Virus record (IMG/VR): IMGVR_UViG_3300033513_000018
Span: 1-44,154 of that record
DNA: 44,154 nucleotides
DNA from: a virus
Taxonomy: Duplodnaviria; Caudoviricetes
Reading direction: 5' to 3' (one strand)
This document shows, in pieces, positions 35,312 through 43,148 of this stretch (position 1 is the first letter of the stretch; each line of letters begins with the position of its first letter). The notes below the pieces were generated by a model that made no database searches, was not told the DNA's origin, and saw only the letters and a program-made list of their open reading frames with translations. Made by a program: the position numbers and the translations under genes.

Positions 35312-37008
35312 TAGGTACGCTGCCGGGGGCGGTGAATGGGAGGCGGGGGCTGGCGGCGGCGCTGGCGGAGCGGGCGCGGCGATACCACGGATTGGGAAAT
35401 ACACGATACGAATCGGGAGAGGCACGATTGGATCTGTTGATGTGGACGATTACGCGGCGGCCGCTGCTGAAGGTCGGGGCGGCATTCGACCTAGTGAGGC
35501 ATCCGTACCTAGTGGATCTGTACCGGGAGCAGGCGAAGGTGGTAGTGGTGTTCAAAGCGTCGCAGATGGGGGCCTCGGAGTGGGCGATTTCGTATGCGTT
35601 GCACGCGGCGGATGAACGGGGGATGACGATGCTGTACGTGTTCCCCACCGACGTGCACGTCTCGGATTTCTCGGCGGCGCGGATTGGGCCGGCAATCGAG
35701 GCCTCGCCGTATCTGGACGGGATCATTGTTGAAGGCGGCGCGGGGGAGGGGAAGCGGGGGGCGGACCGGGTGACGCTGAAGCGGGTGCGGGACCGGTTCG
35801 TGTATCTGCGGGGGGCGAAGGTGGCGCCGGATGGGAAGGCGCCTCAACTAAAGGCGATTGATGCGGATGGATTGATCCTGGATGAGGTGGACGAGATGGA
35901 TCCACGGGCGGCGGCAATCGCGGTGAAGCGGTTGGGCCATTCGGAGGTGGCGGAGGAGCGGTGGATTTCGACGCCGACGTACGCGGGAGTCGGGATCCAC
36001 GCGAAGTGGGGGGAGAGCGACCAACGAGAGTGGTTTGTCAGGTGTATGTGTGGGGAATGGCAGGGGTTGAGCATCCATCAGGTCGTGACGGAGTGGGATC
36101 AGTTGGAACGGCCGGTGGAGTGGCACGGGAAGGAGGAGGGGCGGGCGTGGGTGGCGTGCCAGAAGTGCGGGGCGGAAGTCAACCGGTTGGGAGCGGGGGA
36201 GTGGGTGGCGGGGTGGCCGGGGCGCGACGTCGTTGGGTATCATTTGTCGAAGTTGTTCAGCCCGGCGGTGACGGTGCTGCAGTTGGTGACGGGCCTGCAG
36301 ACGGTGGATGAGACGAAGCGGCGGGAGGCGTTCAATCAGGACCTGGGGCAGCCGTACACGCCGCGGGGCGGGCGGTTGAATGAGGAGGTGCTGGATAAAT
36401 GCCGGCGGGAGTACGGGCACGGACCGGTGGAAGGGGAGCGGCCGGTGATGGGGGTGGATGTCGGGCGGGTGATGTACGGAGTGATCAGGTCGCAGGCGGA
36501 TGAGGAGACGGGGGAACGGGTGCAGAGATGGGCGGGGGAGATCGAATCGTGGGAGGGGCTGGCACACCTGGTGAAGCAATACGATGTAGCGACGCTGGTG
36601 ATTGATGCGCTGCCAGAAACATCGAAGGCGCGGGAGTTGCAGGCGGCGTTTTCACGAGGGCGCGTGTATCTGGCCTATTACGTGACGCAGAAGGTGGGTA
36701 GCAAGCGGGCGGAGCCGATGCAATGGGATGAGGACCAGGGGGTCGTCAACCTGGATCGGACGAGGGCGCTCGATCTGACGATGGCCAGGTTCTTTGGAGG
36801 GGAGAATACGCTGCCGCTATATGCGCGGGATGTGGCGGGGTACTATGAGATGATGCAGGCGGTGGTGCGGGTGATCGAGGACGGGCCGGGGGGGGAGAAA
36901 GTGGCGCGGTACGTGGAGGCGGGGCCGGATCACTTTTGCCATGCGGAGAATTATTGTGCGGTGGCGAGTCTGGCGCCGGAGGTGTGGGATGGGCTGGGGT
37001 GGGCGTAG
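35308..37008 (+). CDS. Terminase large subunit (lambda gpA-like)
   Basis: FKASQMGASE Walker A, LILDEVD Walker B, ISTPT, SDQREWFVRC, GVDVG, DHFCHA. Confidence 0.9.
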   Translation: MIGTLPGAVNGRRGLAAALAERARRYHGLGNTRYESGEARLDLLMWTITRRPLLKVGAAFDLVRHPYLVDLYREQAKVVVVFKASQMGASEWAISYALHAADERGMTMLYVFPTDVHVSDFSAARIGPAIEASPYLDGIIVEGGAGEGKRGADRVTLKRVRDRFVYLRGAKVAPDGKAPQLKAIDADGLILDEVDEMDPRAAAIAVKRLGHSEVAEERWISTPTYAGVGIHAKWGESDQREWFVRCMCGEWQGLSIHQVVTEWDQLERPVEWHGKEEGRAWVACQKCGAEVNRLGAGEWVAGWPGRDVVGYHLSKLFSPAVTVLQLVTGLQTVDETKRREAFNQDLGQPYTPRGGRLNEEVLDKCRREYGHGPVEGERPVMGVDVGRVMYGVIRSQADEETGERVQRWAGEIESWEGLAHLVKQYDVATLVIDALPETSKARELQAAFSRGRVYLAYYVTQKVGSKRAEPMQWDEDQGVVNLDRTRALDLTMARFFGGENTLPLYARDVAGYYEMMQAVVRVIEDGPGGEKVARYVEAGPDHFCHAENYCAVASLAPEVWDGLGWA

Positions 37009-37099
37009 AACACGGATGTGCAGGATTGGCGGATCGGAAAAGGAACGCAGATGAACGCAGATGAACGCGGATAAACGCTGATCGGAAGAGCTGGCAATC

Positions 37100-37127
37100 A
37101 GTTCCGATAAGTTGTCTACTAGGAATC
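37100..37127 (-). other. dif-like site 12 (reverse): AGTTCCGATAA gttgtc TACTAGGAATC
   Basis: Consensus match 3 bp before the portal start. Confidence 0.75.
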
Positions 37128-37130
37128 ATT

Positions 37131-39230
37131 ATGCCGTTTTGGAGTAGGTGGCTGGACCGGGCGGTGCAGGGGCTCGGGTATATGAAGGCGGAGCAGGTGC
37201 TGCCGGTGGGGACGGTGCTGACGGGTGAGGCACCGGTCCAGGCTGGATTGGACTTTGACAATTATACGGATGAGCAGCGGGAGCGGCTGGCGCTGACGCT
37301 GAGTTGGGTGTTCTCGGACATCAATCTGATTGCGGGGATCTGCGCGCAGGCGGAGTTGGGGATCCACGAGCGGCAGGGAGAGCGGATGGTGGAGGTGTAC
37401 GATCATCCGTTCGAGCAGTTGATGCAGCAGCCGTTCCGGTTCTGGCCGAAGGCGTTCACGCTGTGGTATACGGTGTCGTGGTGGCTGCTCCGAGGGGAGG
37501 CATACTGGTGGAAGGTGTTCGACCAGGGGGGAGAGTTGGCGGGGCTGCTGCCGGTGCCGGCGGGGCGGATGGAGCCGATCCCGGACGCTGAGAAATACAT
37601 CAGCGGGTTCTCGTACAAGCCGCTGTATGGGCGGCCGGCACAGCGAATCCCGGCCGAGCAGGTGGTGTTTTTCAGGTTCCCGAACCCGTTCGACTTTCAC
37701 CGGGGGCTGAGCCCGAGGACGGGATACCAGTTGGCGCTCGAGACGGACGTGGCGGCACAGAGGTGGAACCGGGATACGTTCACGAAGGAGGCGACGCTGC
37801 GGACGCTGATCAGCCTGCCGGCTGACCTGGACCCAAAGGTGTATAAGCAGGCGAAAGAAGAGATCTTGCGGGAACTGGTGGAGCTGGGGCGGCGGTATAT
37901 GGTGGCCAGGGGCGGGCAGCTGACGGCGGAAACGCTGGGGATGAGCCACAAGGATTTGGAGTTTCTGGAGGGGAGGGAGTTCACGCGGGAGGAGATTGAT
38001 CGGGTGTTCGGGGTGCCGGCCGGGTTCTGGGCGAAAGACGCGACACGGGCGAACGCGGAGGCGGCCCGGGCGACGCTGATCGAGAATACGATATGGCCAT
38101 TGTTGACGCTGATGCACGATGGGATCACTGAACAGGTAGTAATCCCTCACTACGGTGAAGGCTTTCGGGCACGGTTCGAGGACATCCGGCCGCGGGACCG
38201 ACGACTGGTGATTGATGAGCGGAAGCAGAACTGGCTGGTACTGACGGTAGATGAGGCACGGGCGGAGTTGGGTAAAGACCCGTTGGAGGATGAGGCGACG
38301 GGGGCGATGCTGGTGCCAGCAGCAGGGGCGGCGGGGAGGGCGATGGGGATGGGTTTCGGGGCCCCGGGGCCCGCGAGCCCGCGAGGTGGGGAGACGGCGG
38401 GGAAGGCAGTACGGGAGGAGTTGAAGCGGTGGCAGTCGGTGGCGAAACGGCGAGGGGCCGGGTATGTGTTCGAGAGTGAGGTGATCCCGGCGGCGTTCGC
38501 TGATGTGATCAAAGCGCTTCTTGCAGTGAACGTGGAGGGGGCGTTCCGGTTTCTGAAGGCGGTACCGGATGCGCGGGATGAGATCGAGGCGCGGGTGTTG
38601 GAGATCGTGGGGCAGGTGCTGGGGCGGCACGGGTCGAGATTCGCGCAGCAGATCGAGCAGATCCGGGGGGAGCCGGATTACGGGCCGCTGACGGCGGATT
38701 TGACGGCGGCACTGGAGCCTGAGCTGACGGCGGTGGCCACTGAGGTGGCGCTGCGGACGGCGATGGAGGTGGGGGTCGAGTTCGACATTGCGGTGATCAA
38801 TGCGGCGGCGCTGGCCTGGGCCAGGACGTACACGTTCGAGCTGATCGGCGGGCTGACGGCGACGACGAAGCAGGTGGTGAGCGGGGCAGTCAGCCAGTTC
38901 ATCCGTATGGCGGGGATGACGCGGGAGCAGTTGGAGGCGCTGTTGCAGCCGGCGTTCGGGGACGTGCGGGCCTCGATGATTGCGGTGACGGAGGTGACGC
39001 GGGCATATTCGGCGGCGACGCGGATGTATGAGAATCTGCTGGAGACGGCAGGGATCAGGATGGATGGGTACTGGCAGACGCGGGCGGATGAGTTGGTGTG
39101 CCCGATCTGTGGGCCGCTGAACAATAAGCCAGAGGCGGTGTGGAAGGATGCATTCAGGGACGGGCCGCCGGCGCATGTGAACTGCAGATGCTGGGTGGTG
39201 TTGAGGTATGGCGGACGAGGGAGGAGTTGA
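37131..39230 (+). CDS. Portal protein (HK97-type) fused to Mu gpF-like head morphogenesis domain
   Basis: LLRGEAYW, FHRGLSP, EIDRVFGVP, LTVDEAR; C-terminal RASMIAVTE..CPICGPLN..PPAHVNCRC. Confidence 0.88.
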   Translation: MPFWSRWLDRAVQGLGYMKAEQVLPVGTVLTGEAPVQAGLDFDNYTDEQRERLALTLSWVFSDINLIAGICAQAELGIHERQGERMVEVYDHPFEQLMQQPFRFWPKAFTLWYTVSWWLLRGEAYWWKVFDQGGELAGLLPVPAGRMEPIPDAEKYISGFSYKPLYGRPAQRIPAEQVVFFRFPNPFDFHRGLSPRTGYQLALETDVAAQRWNRDTFTKEATLRTLISLPADLDPKVYKQAKEEILRELVELGRRYMVARGGQLTAETLGMSHKDLEFLEGREFTREEIDRVFGVPAGFWAKDATRANAEAARATLIENTIWPLLTLMHDGITEQVVIPHYGEGFRARFEDIRPRDRRLVIDERKQNWLVLTVDEARAELGKDPLEDEATGAMLVPAAGAAGRAMGMGFGAPGPASPRGGETAGKAVREELKRWQSVAKRRGAGYVFESEVIPAAFADVIKALLAVNVEGAFRFLKAVPDARDEIEARVLEIVGQVLGRHGSRFAQQIEQIRGEPDYGPLTADLTAALEPELTAVATEVALRTAMEVGVEFDIAVINAAALAWARTYTFELIGGLTATTKQVVSGAVSQFIRMAGMTREQLEALLQPAFGDVRASMIAVTEVTRAYSAATRMYENLLETAGIRMDGYWQTRADELVCPICGPLNNKPEAVWKDAFRDGPPAHVNCRCWVVLRYGGRGRS

Positions 39231-39687
39231 GGTTGAAGGGCTGGCGGAGGTTCAGAAGATGCTCCGAGCAGAGATCGCCGGGGCGATCCGAGCCGCGGCG
39301 CTGGCGGTGGGTGAACAAATCCGAGGCCGGATTGCCGTTTACCCGGCGCAACGGGCACCGACGAATCCGAATCATTGGTATGAGAGGGGATACGGGTCAA
39401 AGTGGAGGAGGAAGGACGGGAGCGTCAAGGGGCGGGCGACGTCGGAGCAGTTGGGGCAGAAGTGGACGGTGGCTGCGCGGGGTGATGGGGCGGTGGTGGG
39501 AAACCCTGCGTCGTATGCTCCATTTGTCCAATCGGAGGACGAGCAGGCGGCGGCCCACGCGGCGACGGGGTGGGTGACGGATGAGCAGGCGGTGGAGGCG
39601 GTGATGGAGAGCGGGGTAGTCGAGCAGATCGTAGTGGACGCGGTGGTGAAGGCGATGCAGAATATCGCGGCGGGGGGTTCCGGGTAG
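39208..39687 (+). CDS. HK97 gp10-like neck/morphogenesis protein
   Basis: VEVEGLAEV start; VGNPASYAPFV. Confidence 0.65.
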   Translation: MADEGGVEVEGLAEVQKMLRAEIAGAIRAAALAVGEQIRGRIAVYPAQRAPTNPNHWYERGYGSKWRRKDGSVKGRATSEQLGQKWTVAARGDGAVVGNPASYAPFVQSEDEQAAAHAATGWVTDEQAVEAVMESGVVEQIVVDAVVKAMQNIAAGGSG

Positions 39688-39703
39688 TGAGATTATCGGA
39701 AGT
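39676..39703 (+). other. dif-like site 13: GGTTCCGGGTA gtgaga TTATCGGAAGT
   Basis: Consensus match overlapping a stop codon. Confidence 0.75.
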
Positions 39704-39735
39704 GAAACGTGAGACGTGAAACGTGAGGGGATGAG

Positions 39736-41103
39736 ATGCCGTATCCGAGTGAGCACAGTTGTCGTCTGCATGAGCCGGGGTTGTACGACGAGGATTCATT
39801 TCGGCGCATTAAGCGCGGGAATCTGGTGCTGATCATTGGGAAGAAGAAGGGGAAGACGGAGACAGAGGCGCAGGCGTACCGGTATCCGGTAGGGGATTGG
39901 GAGGAGGCCGAGGCGCGGGCGCATTGCAAGAAGGCGGGTGGGGAGTTCGAGCCCGCCAGTGAGGAGGATAAGGCGATGCCAGTAGGATTCGAGGATTGGG
40001 TGATGGCGGCGCAGGATGAGTCTGTGCTAGATTTCGAGATGAAGTTTCACGGGTCGCCCAGGAGCCCGTACGGGACGCATTCGAGCAAGGGGTATCCAGG
40101 CGGGCGGGCAGGATGGCAGAAGGCGTGGCGGGTGTATTTGAGCGGGATCCCGCAGGGGCCGATCCAGGGGACGATACGGCGGGTCTCAATGATCGCGGCG
40201 GGGATGAAGTGCTCAATTCCAGAGATGAGCGCGGAGGACCTGGGGCCACGGCCGGGCGGGGAGGGGAAGCTGGAGGGGAAGTTGTACGAGACGCCAGACG
40301 ATTATGGGCTGGACAAGTGGAAGACGCCAGGGGATGACGATCTGAACCAGGAGGACATTCAGTTGACGTGCCAGGACCTGGAGGATTTGAAGCGGCTGTG
40401 TCTGCAGGAGATCGCGGCCCGGCAGAAGGCGCGGGAGAAGGAGGAGGGGGAGAAGGGGCTACGGCTTCGGGAACTGGAGCAGGAAATAGGGGCCGAGGAT
40501 TTTATGATCGGGTTCGGGGGGGAGATCAAGGCGGTTGATTCTACCTCGGGGAAGGTGGGAGGGTATCTGGTGCGGTTCTCGATAGCGGGGGAGCGGGATC
40601 TGACGGGGGTGGATTATTTCGCGGAGGATACGTATTACGGGCCGCGTGATGGGGATGGGGCGGATACGATGGTGCATCACGGGATGGCGCTGAAGGCGGG
40701 GCTGGAGGGGCTGGCCACGCGGATTCTGGCGCCGATCAAGACGCGCCGCGATGCGGTGGGGATCTGGGCGGAGACGGTGCTGGACCTGGCCGATGAGTAC
40801 GAGAAGGTGATTTATGAGATGGTGCAGGCGGGGAAGTTGAAGTGGAGTTCGGGGACTGCTGCGCGGTTGGCGCGGCGGGAGACGGATGGGAAGATCAGCC
40901 GGTGGCCGATCGTCGAGGGGAGTCTGACGCCCACTCCGATGGAGCCGAGGTTGCCGGCGGTGATGCCGCTGAAAGCCTACCTGGTGCTCGAGGCCGGGAC
41001 TGCGGAGCCGGGTGCTGGCGCGGGGGCGCTGGGCCTGGAAGTGGTCAAGGCAAGGGCGCGGGTGGAGATGCTGTTGGCGGATGTGGAGAACGCGGGGTCG
41101 TAG
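39736..41103 (+). CDS. Prohead protease with N-terminal accessory domains
   Basis: C-half VGGYLVRFS..DLTG.DYF, VHHG, GIWAE, KWSSG, WPIVEGSLTPTP; precedes MCP. Confidence 0.75.
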   Translation: MPYPSEHSCRLHEPGLYDEDSFRRIKRGNLVLIIGKKKGKTETEAQAYRYPVGDWEEAEARAHCKKAGGEFEPASEEDKAMPVGFEDWVMAAQDESVLDFEMKFHGSPRSPYGTHSSKGYPGGRAGWQKAWRVYLSGIPQGPIQGTIRRVSMIAAGMKCSIPEMSAEDLGPRPGGEGKLEGKLYETPDDYGLDKWKTPGDDDLNQEDIQLTCQDLEDLKRLCLQEIAARQKAREKEEGEKGLRLRELEQEIGAEDFMIGFGGEIKAVDSTSGKVGGYLVRFSIAGERDLTGVDYFAEDTYYGPRDGDGADTMVHHGMALKAGLEGLATRILAPIKTRRDAVGIWAETVLDLADEYEKVIYEMVQAGKLKWSSGTAARLARRETDGKISRWPIVEGSLTPTPMEPRLPAVMPLKAYLVLEAGTAEPGAGAGALGLEVVKARARVEMLLADVENAGS

Positions 41104-41130
41104 GATTAACGGATAAGAGGAGGTTGAGCG

Positions 41131-42513
41131 ATGGATATCAAGGAGCGAATTCGGCAGTTGATGGCTGCCGCACGGGAGAAGGCGAAGGAGGCAAAGGCGC
41201 TACTGGTGCTGGAGGTGCCCGAGACTGAGAAGGCGAACGCGCTGTTGAAGGAGGCGGAGAGCCTGCGGGACCAGGCCAGCGCTCTGAAGAGCGCACAGGC
41301 AATCGAGGACCAGGTGGGGGAGCCGGTGCTGCCGGGGGTGCTGCCGATGGGCACAGAGCCCGGGGCGCTGCCGGGGGCGGCGGCCGATGTGCTGGGGAAG
41401 GCGATCAACGATCTGCGGTTCGGGCCAATGGACGATCCGGCCAGCGTGGTGATGCGGGAGATCTATGGCGCGGACTACAGGCAACTGGTGTTCGACCAGA
41501 CGAAGGCATTCGCGCGGTATCTGCGGACGGGGCAGCCGGACCGGATTCTCAGCCGGCAGGTGTGGGGGCTGGACGACGTCAAGGCAATGCTGCGGGATGG
41601 GCTGACGGTCCAGGAGATCAAGACGACGATGGTGGAAGGGCAGGACACGCTCGGCGGGTATGCGGTCCCTCCCCAGCAGGCGGCCGACATTCTGAAGCGG
41701 ATACCGGGGATGACGTGCGTGCGAGCCGGTGGGGCGACGGTGGTCCAGACGGCGTCGAATATGATCGAGTGGCTGAGCCTGACCGGGGGCAGTTCGCGGT
41801 ACCCGACGGCGCTGCGCGGGGCGTGGGGGACGGAGGTCCAGAGCCCGAGCGAGAAGAACTTGACACTTGGCCTGGAACAGATCAATGTGCACACCTACAC
41901 CTACAAGGTGCCCATGTCGCAGAGCCTGGTCGAGGACGCGAGCAACCTGGTGGCTATCTTCAACGACATGGTGGCGGTGACGCTGGCCATAGACGAGGAC
42001 GATGCGTTCCTGATCGGGGATGGGGTCGGGAAGCCGCGCGGGATTCTGCCGAGCAGCGGGAATGCGGATGGGATCACGGAGGTGGTGACGACGAACGCGA
42101 GCGCGCTGACGGTGGAGAAGGTGAAGGCGCTGCGGCGCGGGATCAACAGCCAGTACCGGCAGCCGGCGACCAGAGCCTCGTGGATTGCGAACAGTGCGAC
42201 GGCGAGCACCATCGAGGAGATGCAGGACGGCAATGGCAACTTTTACTTCGAGGATCTGATCGTGGGCGAGGCGTTCCTGCGGCATATCTGGCGTGAGTCG
42301 GAGGCGATGCCAGACATCGCTTCGCAGGCGTACCCGATTCTGTTCGGCGATCTCTCGGGGTACATCATCGTGGAGCGCCTGGGGCTGAGCGTGGTGCGGT
42401 TCCAGGACAGCAACACCGGGATCAACAAGGTGGAGTTCCACGTGCGGCGGCGCCTGGGCGGCCGGCTGATGGAGACGTGGAAAATGTGTGTACAGCACTG
42501 CGCGGCGTCGTAA
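41131..42513 (+). CDS. Major capsid protein (HK97 fold with N-terminal delta domain)
   Basis: GGYAVPPQ, MSQSLVED, AFLIGDGVGKPRGIL, ILFGDL. Confidence 0.92.
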   Translation: MDIKERIRQLMAAAREKAKEAKALLVLEVPETEKANALLKEAESLRDQASALKSAQAIEDQVGEPVLPGVLPMGTEPGALPGAAADVLGKAINDLRFGPMDDPASVVMREIYGADYRQLVFDQTKAFARYLRTGQPDRILSRQVWGLDDVKAMLRDGLTVQEIKTTMVEGQDTLGGYAVPPQQAADILKRIPGMTCVRAGGATVVQTASNMIEWLSLTGGSSRYPTALRGAWGTEVQSPSEKNLTLGLEQINVHTYTYKVPMSQSLVEDASNLVAIFNDMVAVTLAIDEDDAFLIGDGVGKPRGILPSSGNADGITEVVTTNASALTVEKVKALRRGINSQYRQPATRASWIANSATASTIEEMQDGNGNFYFEDLIVGEAFLRHIWRESEAMPDIASQAYPILFGDLSGYIIVERLGLSVVRFQDSNTGINKVEFHVRRRLGGRLMETWKMCVQHCAAS

Positions 42514-42560
42514 GAGTGAACGCGGATGAACGCAGATGAGGATGGATAAGGAGGATTGAG

Positions 42561-43031
42561 ATGGCTATGGGACGGAGTGGCGAGATTTTCGCCGATACGT
42601 ACAAGATCGTGAACGGCCAGTCGCTGCCAGAGACGGTGCTGTCATCGGCGGCGTACCCGGCGAGCGGGTCCTACATTGATGTCAGCGGGTGCGAGCGGTT
42701 CCACTGTCTGGTGCACTGGGGGACGATCGCGGGCGGGGATACGCCAGTGGCGACGCTCAAAGAGGCGGATGCGGCGGATGGGACGCTGGACACGATTGAT
42801 GCGACCTATGCGGCGCACACGGGAGCGAACAACGACGACGGGGAGTGGGTGTCGTTCACCGTCGAGGTGGATCAGCTGTCCACGGACCACCACTTCGTGT
42901 CGTGCGTGCTGAGCGGGATCAGCGGGTCAACCTACGGAGAGATCTTCTTCTTGCTGCCGCTGCTGAGCCTGCCAGTGACGCAGACGACGGCGGTACTGCC
43001 GAGCGCGTCGCAGCATGCGCTGGTGGGGTAG
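42561..43031 (+). CDS. Putative capsid cement/decoration protein
   Basis: Follows MCP; YIDVSG motif; GGAGG RBS. Confidence 0.55.
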   Translation: MAMGRSGEIFADTYKIVNGQSLPETVLSSAAYPASGSYIDVSGCERFHCLVHWGTIAGGDTPVATLKEADAADGTLDTIDATYAAHTGANNDDGEWVSFTVEVDQLSTDHHFVSCVLSGISGSTYGEIFFLLPLLSLPVTQTTAVLPSASQHALVG

Positions 43032-43040
43032 AGTGAGGAC

Positions 43041-43068
43041 GGGGAGGGGTGCGGGGGCACTCCTCCCC
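43041..43068 (+). terminator. Hairpin GGGGAGGGGTGC-GGGG-GCACTCCTCCCC
   Basis: 12-bp stem after the head genes; no U-tract. Confidence 0.45.
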
Positions 43069-43101
43069 CTAAACCACGGATGGGGAAGTACACGATAGGA
43101 T

Positions 43102-43129
43102 AGTTCCGAGTAGAACAGTTATCGGAAGT
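43102..43129 (+). other. dif-like site 14: AGTTCCGAGTA gaacag TTATCGGAAGT
   Basis: Consensus match. Confidence 0.8.
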
Positions 43130-43148
43130 GAAATGAGGAGGTGACGCG

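Noticed and set aside
37119-39176. Long minus-strand ORFs (e.g. 685 aa here, 26928-28493, 41200-42498)
   Set aside because: Pro/Arg/His-rich shadows of G-rich + strand genes, with no motifs or RBS
4646-42537. Repeat arrays as a CRISPR array, with the Cas4-like gene as cas
   Set aside because: No repeat-spacer periodicity; solo Cas4-like nucleases are common in phages; no other cas genes
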